Source: an uncultured delta proteobacterium (lineage in GTDB: Bacteria > Desulfobacterota > Deferrisomatia > Deferrisomatales > JACRMM01). From it: DNA of 64,000 nucleotides. The position numbers and the translations under genes were made by a program. Location: the NCBI GenBank assembly GCA_963707045.1, contig CAVPOV010000005.1:140313-204312 (forward strand), in the 5' to 3' direction. The notes beneath the pieces are model-generated. The model had not been told where the DNA came from. It did not search any database and worked only from the letters and a program-made list of their open reading frames with translations. This document shows, in pieces, positions 37,175-47,800 of this stretch. Every line of letters begins with the position of its first letter. Positions within the stretch are counted from its first letter, which is position 1.

Positions 37175-37863
37175 CGGCGACTCCGCTCGGCGGCGAACCC
37201 CGCGACGATGCCGGCCACGATGCCGGTGAAGGTGCCGAGCTTCATGGGCATCCCGTAGGTGGCCGCGGCGACCGAGCCGCCCACGACGGCCGCCACGGCG
37301 GTGTACCGGTCCTTCACGGCGGGCACCAGGAGGGCCAGGAAGGTGAGGGGCACGGCGAAGTCGAGCGACCAGTCCGGGGGCAGCGCCGCCCCTACGAGGA
37401 TCCCCACCGCGGAACTCGCCTGCCACGAGACCCAGAGGGTCAGGGCCGCGCCCAGGTAGTAGCCGAGCCGGTCCTCTTTCCCCAGGGGCTCGGGGTCCTC
37501 GAAGCGCTGGAGGCTCACGGCGAAGGCCTGGTCGGTGATGAGGTACGCGGCGAACCGCTTCCACGGAACGGGCCAGGGCGCGAAGTGCACCGCGAGGGCT
37601 GCGGAGTACATGGCCATTCGCAGGTTGATGACCAGGGCCGTGGCGAGAATCACCAGGGCCGGCGCGCCCTGGCCGAGGAGTTCGACGAAGGCGAGTTGGG
37701 CCGCCCCCGCGAAGACGACGGGGCTCATGGCCATGGCCTGGGATCCGGTCAGCCCGATGCCGGTGGCGGACACGCCGTAGATCAGCCCGAAGGGGATGAC
37801 CCCGAGGATGATGGGGGCCACCGCGCCGGCGCCGCCCAGGAAGGCCCGACGACGAATCCGCAT
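37171..37863 (-). CDS. azlC: branched-chain amino acid transporter permease AzlC
   Basis: 230 aa with 'GVIPFGLIYGVSA', 'SPVVFAGAAQLAFVELL', 'LVINLRMAMYSAAL' and 'AYLITDQAFAV', typical of AzlC. Confidence 0.85.
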   Translation of the reverse strand: MRIRRRAFLGGAGAVAPIILGVIPFGLIYGVSATGIGLTGSQAMAMSPVVFAGAAQLAFVELLGQGAPALVILATALVINLRMAMYSAALAVHFAPWPVPWKRFAAYLITDQAFAVSLQRFEDPEPLGKEDRLGYYLGAALTLWVSWQASSAVGILVGAALPPDWSLDFAVPLTFLALLVPAVKDRYTAVAAVVGGSVAAATYGMPMKLGTFTGIVAGIVAGFAAERSRR

Positions 37864-38045
37864 GACGCTCCTTCCGCTCCGCTGTCGAGAGGCCCCGAAT
37901 CCTAGAGCCTCGGGCCTCGGCCGGGCAAGCGTCCGGGTCCTCCCCACCCGCGGCGTGCCCCGACGCCGGGAGCGTGGTACGTTGGCGGCCCCGGGCCGAG
38001 GGAACGGCGCGGACGGCGCGCCGGAGGGCAGGGAGGAGGCGGACC

Positions 38046-38558
38046 GTGGATGCACTGGAAGCGCTGCGCACCCGAAGGTCGGTCCGGAAGTACGCGCCGG
38101 ACCCCGTGCCGGAAGAGCACGTGCGACTGCTCCTGGAGGCGGCGATGCTCGCACCGTCGGCCGCGAACCAGCAGGCGTGGCACTTCGTCGTCGTGGACGA
38201 GCGGAGGCTTCTCGACCGGATTCCCGAGTTCCACCCCTACTGCGCCTTCATCCGTCAGGCGCCGTTGGGCGTGGTGGTCTGCGGGGACCTCCGCCGCGAG
38301 CGGTTCGGCGGCATGTTCTGGGTGCAGGACTGCTCGGCGGCGACCCAGAACCTGCTCCTGGCCGCCCACTCCCTCGGGCTGGGCGCGTGCTGGCTGGCGG
38401 TCCACCCCATCGAGGAGCGCGTCGCGGGCCTTCGGAGGCTCCTGGGGCTGCCCGATCACCTGGTGCCGCTGAACGTGGTGAGCGTGGGGCGCCCGGCGGA
38501 GCCCACCCGCAGCGCCAGCCGCTACGACCCGGGCCGGGTGACGCGGAATCGTTTCTGA
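38046..38558 (+). CDS. nitroreductase family protein
   Basis: 'ALRTRRSVRKYAPDPVPEEHVRLLLEAAMLAPSAANQQAWHFVVV'. GTG start after GGAGG. Confidence 0.85.
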   Translation: MDALEALRTRRSVRKYAPDPVPEEHVRLLLEAAMLAPSAANQQAWHFVVVDERRLLDRIPEFHPYCAFIRQAPLGVVVCGDLRRERFGGMFWVQDCSAATQNLLLAAHSLGLGACWLAVHPIEERVAGLRRLLGLPDHLVPLNVVSVGRPAEPTRSASRYDPGRVTRNRF

Positions 38559-38602
38559 ACCGTTCCCCCCGCGGACGAGAGGCGGGGCAGAGAGGAGGAG
38601 TT

Positions 38603-39106
38603 GTGCGTCGGATCGAACTGGCGGAGCTGAGTCTGAAGCCCTTCGACGTGCTGGCCCGGGAGTGGGCGCTCCTGGTCGCAGGGGTCGAGCGGCCCAACCC
38701 GATGACCGTCTCCTGGGGCGGCTTCGGCACCCTGTGGGAGCGCCCGGTGGCGACGGTGTACGTGAGGCCCACGCGCCACACCTGGAAGCTGCTCGTCGAG
38801 GGGGCGGAGTTCACCCTGAACGTGATGGCACCCGGCGCCCGGCCGGCCCTGGAGCTGTGCGGGTCGCGCTCCGGCCGCGACACCGACAAGTGGGCCGCCG
38901 CGGGTCTGGCGCGGGAGCCCTCGGCGGTGGTGGCCGTGCCCCGGGTCGGCGGGGCGCGCCTGTCCTTCGAGTGCCGGACCCTGGCCACCCTCGACTTCGA
39001 CCCCGCCCGGTTCCTGGAGCCGCGGGTCGAGACCCTCTACCCCAAGAAGGACTACCACCGGGTCTTCTTCGGGGAGGTGCTGGCCGCTTGGGCCTCGGAC
39101 CGCTAG
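38603..39106 (+). CDS. flavin reductase-like (FMN-binding split-barrel) protein
   Basis: 'WALLVAGVERPNPMTVSWGGFGTLWERPVATVYVRP' and a size of 167 aa fit the Flavin_Reduct family. Confidence 0.65.
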   Translation: MRRIELAELSLKPFDVLAREWALLVAGVERPNPMTVSWGGFGTLWERPVATVYVRPTRHTWKLLVEGAEFTLNVMAPGARPALELCGSRSGRDTDKWAAAGLAREPSAVVAVPRVGGARLSFECRTLATLDFDPARFLEPRVETLYPKKDYHRVFFGEVLAAWASDR

Positions 39107-39893
39107 CCGCGGCGCCGGAAAACGCCTGGCACATGCGGCCAGGGCTCGAAGCGTTCGAGGTCCGGGGAGTCAGCCCCTCCTTCCGGCCGATGAAGAGGCC
39201 GCCCCCCGGGCGCAGGGCGCCGTGGAGGCGGAGCACCGCCCGAGCGCGGAGCTCGCCGCGGTAGTAGGTGAAGGCCAGGTAGCGGCACAGGGCCAGGTCC
39301 ACTCCAGCCGGAGGCGGGTCCTCGAGCAGGTTGTGCCGGGAGAAGGTCACCGGGGCCCGCGCCTCGTCGCGGACCCTCCAGCGGAGGCCCTCCCGGGTGA
39401 ACCCGCGCTCCCGGAGAACGCCCGGAACCTCCCGCAGGGAACCCGCCTCGTAGGTCCCCTCCTCCGCCCGCCGGAGCGACGGGGGGTCGATGTCCGTGGC
39501 GAGGATCCGGAGTTCCGTGCCCGGGAGGCGCGCGGCGAGCCGGTCGATCCAGAGGAGGGAGAACGTGTAGGGCTCCTCCCCGCCGCAGCAACCCGCGCTC
39601 CACACCCGGAACACGGCCCGCCCGGCGGCCAGTTCCGGCACCACCCGCGCGAAGAGGTCTTCCCACCGGTCCCGCTCCCGGAGGAACCGGGTCACCGTCA
39701 CGCGTATGCGGTCGGGCAGGGCCCGGGCCTCCTCGGGGTCGGAGCGGACCGTGCGGAGGTAGTCGGAGAGGTCCCGGAGGCCGAGCTCCTCCATCCGCGC
39801 GAACACGGCCCTCCGGGCGCTCCGGCGGCGGTACTTCCGCCACGCGAGGTCGAGGTCGCCCGCCGCCTGCCGCAGGAACTCGTCGTAATCCAT
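39103..39893 (-). pseudogene. CheR-type protein-glutamate O-methyltransferase, one frameshift near 39165-39175
   Basis: 'FRVWSAGCCGGEEPYTFSLL', 'ILATDIDPPSLRRA' and 'GGLFIGRKEG'. The expected C-terminus 'LERFEPWPHVPGVFRRRG*' is in the adjacent frame and ends at a CTAG shared with the convergent gene. Confidence 0.75.
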
Positions 39894-39902
39894 GGCCCGC
39901 TC

Positions 39903-39918
39903 CGGTCCGGCCCTTGCA
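39903..39918 (+). promoter_or_regulatory. sigma-54 -24/-12-like element (CGGTCCGGCCCTTGCA) ~200 nt upstream of the flavodiiron gene
   Basis: Correct GG/GC spacing and an exact TTGCA. The -24 half is weak. Confidence 0.25.
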
Positions 39919-40117
39919 TCCAATATAGCCCGCCCTGGGAAGCCCGGTTGACCGCCGCTCCCCGGCGGGGATACGTTCACTCCTCCAGGCGGTGTGGACG
40001 GAAGGCGTCCAGCTTCGCCGCCGGGGGCGCCGCGGGCGCCGCGGGCGCGCCCCGCCGAAACCCGATCTCCCGGAGCCGTCGGGCGCACGGTGCCGGGACC
40101 GAGAGAGGAACGAGCCG

Positions 40118-41350
40118 ATGAAAGCCGTCGAGATCAAGAAGGACATCTACTGGGTGGGGGCCATCGACTGGGCCGTCCGGGACTTCCACGGGTACGTGAC
40201 GCCCCGGGGGACGACCTACAACAACTACCTGCTCCTGGACGACGAGGTCACCCTCGTCGACACGGTGAAGTACGACTTCTCGCGACATGACCATCAAGAA
40301 CATCCGGGGGCTCGTCGACCCGGCGAAGATCCGCCACATCGTGATCAACCACATCGAGAACGACCACGTCACCAGCCTGGACAAGATCCTGGAGCTGGCC
40401 CCCGACGCGACCGTCTACCTGACCGCAGAAGGGGAAGCGCGGCCTCGACCGCTTCTACGACACCTCCCGGTGGAAGATGGAGCTGGTCAAGACCGGCGAC
40501 ACCCTGAAGACCGGCCGCTTCACCCTGCAGTTCCTCGAGACCCCCATGCTGCACTGGCCCGACTCGATGATGACCTACGTGCCGGAGGAGAAGCTCCTCT
40601 TCAGCCAGGACGCCTTCGGCCAGCACCTCGCTTCGGCCGGGCGCTTCGACGACGAGTTCGTCGACGAGCGCCTCCATGGCGGAGTTGGAGGACTCGGTCG
40701 TCGAGTACTACGCCAACATCCTCATGCCCTTCGGCGTGATGATCAACAAGAAGCTCGACGAGGTGGGGGCCCTCGGGCTCGACATCGACATGATCGCCCC
40801 GGACCACGGCGTCATCTGGCGGGCGAACCCCGCCCGGGTCCTGGACATGTACCGCCGCATGGCGAGCGGCGGGGCGGAGTGCAGCGTCTCGATCATCTAC
40901 GACACCATGTGGCACAGCACCGAGCAGATGACCGTGCCCATCGCGTCCGGCGTGCGGGACGAGGGCCTGGACGTCAAGGTGATGAAGCTGCGCTCCACGC
41001 CGATGAGCGTGGCCATCAAGGAGTTCTGGAAGTCGCGGGGCTCCCTGGTCGGGTCGCCCACGCTCAACAACATCCTCTACCCCACGGTGGCGGAGTTCCT
41101 CACCCACCTGCGGGGCCTGCGGCCGAAGAACCGGATCGTGGGCTCCTTCGGCAGCTACGGCTGGTCGGGGGGGGCGGTGAAGGAGGGAAACGAGGAGTTC
41201 AAGCGCATGGGGCTGGAGCTCGTCGAGCCGGGGCTGCAGCTGCTGTACAAGCCCTCCCTCGAGGACGAGGAGTCGTGCTACCAGTTCGGCCGCGACTTCG
41301 CCAGGCGGGTGCGCGAGTACCACCGCCAGTTCGAGGGTGCATCCTCCTAG
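40118..41350 (+). pseudogene. flavodiiron protein (FprA / flavorubredoxin-like, no rubredoxin tail), 3 frameshifts (near 40283, 40428, 40672)
   Basis: '[17 protein letters not shown]...TTYNNYLL', '[12 protein letters not shown]' (HxExDH di-iron motif), 'HWPDSMMTY' and 'APDHGVIW', plus a flavodoxin-like C-terminal half '[15 protein letters not shown]'. Confidence 0.85.
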
Positions 41351-41548
41351 GGGCGGCCGAGCACGCTTCGGCGCCGGCGGCACCCCCCGCCCTCCTCCCG
41401 CCCTTCGCGCCCGGCCTCGCGTGGAAGGAGGCCCCGGGCCCCGTGGTTCTGCGGTAGACTGGCCGCCCCGCCGGGGGGGCCAGTCTGCGCCCCGGCGACA
41501 CCCCCGGAGACCCCCGCCGCCCGACCGGGCAGGAGAGCGCGCGCCGAC

Positions 41549-44500
41549 ATGGCCGGCAGCCTCCGCGTCTTCCTGAGCAACCGCCTCGAGGTCCTCGAGG
41601 AGCGGCTGGCCGAGGTGCTCTCCCGGCCCCTGTCCTCGCCCCTGGTGCCCGAGGTGATCCTGGTGCCGAGCCCGGGCGTCGCCCGGTGGACCGCGATGGC
41701 CCTCGCCCGCCGCTTCGGGGCGTGGATGAACGGGCGGTTCCCCCTCCCGAACGCCTACCTCGACCGGCTCTTCCGCCTCGCGTCCGAGCCCCGGGCGCAC
41801 GGCGCCTGGGAGCCGGGCGTGCTGCGCTGGAGGGTGATGGGGTGCCTCGGCGAAGCCCTCGACCGCCCCGGTTTCGAGCCGGTGCGCCGCTACCTGCGGG
41901 GCTCCGAGCGCCAGCTCAAACGGTTCCAGCTCGCCGAGCGCGTCGCCGAGATCTTCGACGGCTACGCGATGTTCCGGCCCGACGAGGTCCTGGCCTGGGA
42001 GGCCGGGAAGGGGACGGCGGAGGCGGGGTGGCAGGCCGAAGTGTGGCGGGTGCTCGCGGGCCGGGAAGGGTCCCACCGGGCCGCGGCGCGGCGGGCCTTC
42101 CTGGAGAGGCTCGCCGACCCTTCGTGGGAGCCCGGCGGCGAAGGGCTGCCCGAGCGGCTGTCGGCGTTCGGTGTCTCGGCGCTCCCCCCGTTCCACCTGG
42201 AAGCACTTGCCGCGCTGGCGGAGCGGGTGGAGGTGAACCTTTTCCTGCTCAGCCCCTGCCGCGAGTACTGGGCCGACATCGTGCCGGAGGCTGTCGCCTC
42301 CCGGAAAGAGCGCGAGGCCGGGGGACGCGACCTCCACTACGAGCCCGGAAACCGGCTGCTCGCCTCCCTGGGCCGCGCCGGTCGCGACTTCTTCGCCCGG
42401 GTGCAGGACCTGGAGGCGCACTCGGTCGAGGACTACCGCGACCCGGGGCGGGAAACGCTCCTGCAGAGCCTCCAGGCCGACATCCTGGAGCTCCGGGAGG
42501 GGGGAGGGTCCGGGGAGAAGCGGCCGCTCGCCGCCTCGGACCGGTCCGTGCGGCTCCACTCCTGCCACTCCCCGATGCGCGAGGCGGAGGTCCTGCGGGA
42601 CGCCCTGCTCGATCTCTTCGACCGGGACGGCACGCTCGCGCCGTCGGACGTCGTGGTGATGACGCCCGACGTGGAGGCGTACGCCCCGTTCCTGGAGGCG
42701 GTGTTCGGCGGGGCGCAGGAGCCCCGGGTCGCCTACGCCGTCGCGGACCGTGCCGCCCGGGCCGGCAGCCCGGTGGTCGACGCCTTCCTGCGGGTCCTCG
42801 GGCTCGTCGGCGGCCGGTTCGGGGCGGCCGCGGTGCTGGACCTCCTGGAGTGCGGGGCGGTGCGCCGCCGGCTGGGCTTCTCCGCCGCGGACGTGGAACT
42901 GGCCCACGGATGGGTGCGAGACACCCGGATCCACTGGGGTGCGGACGCCGCCGACCGCGAGCGGCTCGGCCTTCCGGGCTTCGCCGAGAACACCTGGCGG
43001 GCCGGGCTCGACCGCCTGCTGCTCGGCTACGCCATGGCCGGCGAGGGCGAGGGGATCCTCTTCCAGGACACCCTTCCCTTCGACGCCGTGGAGGGAGGCG
43101 AGGGAGCTCAGGCCCTCGGGCGCCTGGCGGAGTTCGCGCGCCGGCTCTTCGAGGGGTGCCGGGGCCTGGAGGAGCGCCGCCCCCTCGCGGCGTGGGCCGA
43201 GAGCTTCGGCTCGCTCTTCGAGGCCCTGTTCGACACGGAGGGGGAGGACGAGGCCGGGGGCCGGCTCGTGCGCCGGGCCCTGGCGCGTCTCGCCGAGGCC
43301 GGGGCGCTGGCGGGCTTCGCCGAGCCGGTGGACCTGGAGGTCGCCCGGGCGGCGGTCGCGGAGGACCTGGCCGACCTGCCCCGGGCGGGGGGCGTCCTCA
43401 CCGGCGGGCTGACGGTGTGCGGCATGCGCTCCCTGCGGGGGGTGCCGTTCCGGGTGGTGTGCCTGGTCGGCATGAGCGACGGCGCCTTCCCTCGTCCGTC
43501 GAGGGCCCTGGGGTTCGACCTGCTGGCCCGGGACCCCCGGCCGGGCGACCGCTCGCCGCGGCTGGAGGACCGCTACGGGTTCCTCGAGGTCCTGCTCGCC
43601 GCCCGGGACCACCTGCACGTGAGCTACGTGGGGCAGAGCCTCCGGGACGGGAGCGAGATCCCGCCCTCGGTGCTCGTCAGCGAACTGCTCGACGCCGTGG
43701 ACCGCGGGTACGCGCCGGACGACGGCTCCGCGGCCCGGGACCGCCTCGTGGTGCGGCACCGGCTGCAGGCCTTCAGCCCGGACTACTTCCTCGGGGAGGG
43801 CGGCCTGCTCAGCTACTCCGAGGACGACGCCCGGGCGAGCCGGAACCTCTCCTCCCGGGGTGGGCGAAGGCGCCGGGGCCTCTTCGTCCGCCGTCTACCG
43901 CCCCCGCCGCCGGACCTGCTCCGGGTGGACCTCGCGGACCTGGCCCGCTTCTTCTCCAACCCCTGCCGGCATCTCCTGGCGCGGCGGCTGGGGCTGCGCC
44001 TGGACGACGGCGCCTCCGTCGTGGAGGAGCGGGAGCCCTTTGCCGTGGACGGCCTCGACCGCTACGGCCTCCAGGGAGAACTCGTGGCGCGGGGGCTCCG
44101 GGGAGAGGACCCGTCCGGGGCGTTCGCCGTGGCCAGGGCTCGAGGCCTCCTCCCCCACGGGAGCGCCGGGGCGGGGGCCTTCGCCGAGGTCCGGGTCGCC
44201 GCCGAGGAGTTCCTCGAGGTGCTGCGGCCCCACGTCGCCGACGAGCTCCTCGAGCCCCGGATCTTCCAGCGGGGGTTCCCGGACGGCGTGACCCTGGAGG
44301 GCCGCCTGGAGGGACTGAGGCCGGGGGCGCTCGTGCGCTACCGGCCGGCCACGCTCAAGGGCCGGGACCGCGTCCAGGCCTGGGTCCACCACCTGGCCCT
44401 CAACCTCGTCTCCGGGGAGGCAGGGCCGCGCCGCACCGTCGTGGTGGCCACCGACCGGGCGGCGACCCTGGGCCCCGTCGAGGACGCCGAGGCGCGGCTC

Positions 44501-44800
44501 GGGGAGCTGCTCCGCCTCTACGTCGAGGGGCTGTGCCGGGCGCTGCCGTTCTTCCCCGAGTCGTCCTGGACCTACGCCGACCGCCGGTGGGGGAGGGGCG
44601 ACCCGCCCCGCGACGCCCTGCGCCGGGCCCGGGAGAAGTGGGACGACGGGTACGAGCGGGCCGGGGAGGGCGCGGACCCGAGCTTCGCCTTCTGCTTCGG
44701 CGAGGAGGACCCCTTCGGGGAGGAGTTCGAAGGGCTGGCGGAGGCTCTGTTCCGGCCCTGGATCGAGCTCTCGGCCCCGGGGGGAGGGGAGGGCGCATGA
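41549..44800 (+). CDS. recC: exodeoxyribonuclease V gamma subunit
   Basis: Unbroken 1,083-aa ORF 'LRVFLSNRLEVLEERLAEVL...ILVPSPGVARW'. Position upstream of recB, with an ATGA overlap. Confidence 0.85.
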   Translation: MAGSLRVFLSNRLEVLEERLAEVLSRPLSSPLVPEVILVPSPGVARWTAMALARRFGAWMNGRFPLPNAYLDRLFRLASEPRAHGAWEPGVLRWRVMGCLGEALDRPGFEPVRRYLRGSERQLKRFQLAERVAEIFDGYAMFRPDEVLAWEAGKGTAEAGWQAEVWRVLAGREGSHRAAARRAFLERLADPSWEPGGEGLPERLSAFGVSALPPFHLEALAALAERVEVNLFLLSPCREYWADIVPEAVASRKEREAGGRDLHYEPGNRLLASLGRAGRDFFARVQDLEAHSVEDYRDPGRETLLQSLQADILELREGGGSGEKRPLAASDRSVRLHSCHSPMREAEVLRDALLDLFDRDGTLAPSDVVVMTPDVEAYAPFLEAVFGGAQEPRVAYAVADRAARAGSPVVDAFLRVLGLVGGRFGAAAVLDLLECGAVRRRLGFSAADVELAHGWVRDTRIHWGADAADRERLGLPGFAENTWRAGLDRLLLGYAMAGEGEGILFQDTLPFDAVEGGEGAQALGRLAEFARRLFEGCRGLEERRPLAAWAESFGSLFEALFDTEGEDEAGGRLVRRALARLAEAGALAGFAEPVDLEVARAAVAEDLADLPRAGGVLTGGLTVCGMRSLRGVPFRVVCLVGMSDGAFPRPSRALGFDLLARDPRPGDRSPRLEDRYGFLEVLLAARDHLHVSYVGQSLRDGSEIPPSVLVSELLDAVDRGYAPDDGSAARDRLVVRHRLQAFSPDYFLGEGGLLSYSEDDARASRNLSSRGGRRRRGLFVRRLPPPPPDLLRVDLADLARFFSNPCRHLLARRLGLRLDDGASVVEEREPFAVDGLDRYGLQGELVARGLRGEDPSGAFAVARARGLLPHGSAGAGAFAEVRVAAEEFLEVLRPHVADELLEPRIFQRGFPDGVTLEGRLEGLRPGALVRYRPATLKGRDRVQAWVHHLALNLVSGEAGPRRTVVVATDRAATLGPVEDAEARLGELLRLYVEGLCRALPFFPESSWTYADRRWGRGDPPRDALRRAREKWDDGYERAGEGADPSFAFCFGEEDPFGEEFEGLAEALFRPWIELSAPGGGEGA

Positions 44801-47800
44801 CGGCGCGTCCCTTCGAACTGCTCGACAGCCCGCTGGACGGCACGAACCTCATCGAGGCGAGCGCCGGCACGGGAAAGACGTACACCATCGCCGGCCTCGT
44901 CCTCCGCCTGCTCCTGGAGGAGGGCCTGCCCGTGGAGCGGATCCTCGTGGTGACCTTCACCGTGGCGGCCACGGAGGAGCTGCGGGGCCGGGTGCGACGG
45001 CGCATCCGGGAGGCCCTGGACGCCTTCGACGCGGGGTCCGGGGCCGACCCGTTCCTGAGGGGACTCCTGGCCCGCCACGACCACCGGGCGGCGGCGGCCC
45101 GGCTCGAGGCGGCCCTGCGGGAGTTCGACGACGCCCCCATCTTCACGATCCACGGCTTCTGCCAGCGCGTGCTCCGGGAGAGCGCCTTCGAAGGGGGGCT
45201 GCTCTTCGACGCGGAGCTGATCACCGACCCGGAGCCCCTGCTCCAGGAAGTGGTGGACGACTACTGGCGCCGCCGGATCTGCGCCGGTCCGCCCCTGCTC
45301 GCCGGGTTCGCCGCACGGCGCGGCTTCAGCGCCGAGAGCCTGCTGAAGCTCCTCAAGAGCTACGTCCGCCACCCCTTCCTCGAGGTGATCCCGGATCTGC
45401 CGCCCGAGGAGGTCCCGAGGCGGCTGGAGGCGTTCCTGGGGGCCTTCGAGTCCGTTCGGGGTGCCTGGCCCGGGGAGGCGGCCTCGGTCGAGCGCGTCCT
45501 CCGGGAGCACCCGGGGCTGAGCCGCAGCGAGGCCAACTTCCGGGAGGACGCGGTGGACGCCTGCGTCGCCGGGCTCGAGCGCTGCCTCGGGGGGGGCGAC
45601 GCGGCGCCCCGGTGCTTCGGCGCGCTGCGCAAGGTGGCCTCCGGGTCCTTCCGGGAGAAGGGCGTCCTGAAGAAGGGCCACGAGCCGCCGGAGAACCGCT
45701 TCTTCGACCTCTGCCAGGCGCTCGCCGACGCCGAGGACGAGTTGTTCCTCGCCCTGCGGGTGGGCTTCCTCCGGGAGGCCCGGCGCGAGTTGGACGCGAA
45801 GAAGGCCGCCCGGAACGCCCAGGGGTTCGACGATCTCCTGACCCGGCTGCACGGCGCGCTGCGCGCCGACGGCGGGGCCGCGCTGGCCCGGGCGCTCCGG
45901 GAGCGGTACGGCGCGGCCCTGATCGACGAGTTCCAGGACACGGACCCCATCCAGTACGAGATCTTCGACCGGGTCTTCGGCACCCGGGCCGAGGCCCCGT
46001 CGCTGCTCTTCCTCATCGGGGACCCCAAACAGGCGATCTACGGGTTCCGGGGGGCCGACGTCTTCGCCTACCTGGAGGCGTCGCACCGGGCGGGGGCCCG
46101 CTACACCCTGACCGAGAACTGGCGCTCCGAGCCGGACCTGATCGACGCCGTGGCCGCGCTCTTCCCCGCCGCCGAGCGGCCCTTCGTCTTCCCCGAGATC
46201 GGCATGCCGCCGGTGCGGGCCGCCGAGAGGCGCGACCGTGCCTTGCTGACGCTCGACGGGGAGCCCGAGGCTCCCTTCCGGCTGTGGTTCGTGGGCCGGG
46301 ACGAGGGGTGCAAGCCCCGGGCGCGAATCCCCAAGGTTCGGGGCGAGCGGGAGATCCCCCCGGCGGTGGCCGCGGAGATCTCCCGGCTCCTGGAGGCCGG
46401 GCGGGAGGGTCGGCTGCGGATCGGCGGCCGCCCCCTCGGCCCCGGCGACATCGCCGTGCTCACGAGGAAGAACCGCCAGGCGGGGTGGGTGCAGGAGGCC
46501 CTGCGGCGCCTCGGGGTCCCGAGCGTCCTCTACTCCACGGAGAGCCTCTTCGCCTCGCGGGAGGCGGCGGAGGTGCAGAGGGTCGTGGCGGCACTGGCCG
46601 AGCCCGGCAACGAGACCCTGGTGAAGGCCGCCGCGACCACCGACTGCCTGGGCCTGGACGGCGAGGGTCTGTACGAGGTGCTGGCCGACGAGACCGCGTG
46701 GGAGGGCTGGCTCGGCCGCTTCCGGGACCTGCACCGGCGCTGGGCGGCCTCCGGGTTCCTGGCCGCCTTCCGAAGGCTGCTCTCGGAGTTCGGCGTGCGC
46801 GAGACGCTTCTGGGCTACGGCGACGGGGAGAGGCGGCTCACCAACGTGCTGCACCTCGGCGAGGTGCTCCACCGGGCCGCGGTGGAGGGCCACCTCGGTC
46901 CCGCCGGGCTGGCGCGCTGGCTGGCGGAGCGGCGGGCGGACGGCGGGGAGGCGGAGGAGCACCAGCTGCGGCTGGAGAGCGACGCGCAGGCCGTGAAGCT
47001 CGTCACGGTGCACCGGAGCAAGGGGCTCGAGTACCCCGTCGTCTTCTGCCCCTTCTCGTGGGAGGGCTCCGAGCTCTCGGCCCGGGAGCCGGGGCTCAAG
47101 GTGCACCTCCCCGCCGGGGGGGAGGCCGAGGGGGGGCGCTTCGTCCTCGACCTGGGCTCCGAGGGGCTGGAGGAGCACCGCCGCCGGGCGGAGGTGGAGA
47201 GCCTGGCGGAGAACGTGCGGCTCCTCTACGTCGCCCTCACCCGGGCGCGGAACCGGTGCTACTTCGTGTGGGGACCCTTCAACACGGCGGACACCTCGGC
47301 GGCGGCGTACCTGGTGCCGAACGGCGGGCGACCCCTGGGCGACGGCGGGCTCGAAGAACTGCGCGGTCGGCTCGAGACCCTGGGCGACGCCGAGCTCCGG
47401 GAGGCCTTCGCACCCCTCCGGGGGGCCGGGGCGGCGGAGGTGGGGCCCCTCCCCGCCGCCGCGGGCGTCGCCTACCGGACCGCCGAGGCCGACACCCGCG
47501 AGCCGGCGGCCCGCCGCTTCGCGGGGAGCGCGGCGGCCCGATGGGGAGTGTCGAGCTTCTCGTCCCTCGTCCTGGGCGCCCCCCCGGACGAGGAGCCCGC
47601 GGACCGGGACGGTGCCGGGGCCCGCGGCGTTCCCCGGGAGCCCGCCGCTCCCCCGGCCGGCATCCTCGGCTTCCCGGCGGGGGCGGCCGCCGGGACCTTC
47701 CTGCACGACGTGCTCGAGCACCTGGACTTCGGCGAGGAGGCAGGGGAGGCCCGCCGGAGCCTCGTCGGCCGGAAGCTCTCGGAGCACGGGTTCGGGGCCG

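Noticed and set aside
40022-40051. Short tandem repeat GCGCCGCGG x ~2.5 in the FDP leader.
   Set aside because: Too short and too low in complexity for this GC content. There is no array structure and it is not CRISPR-like.
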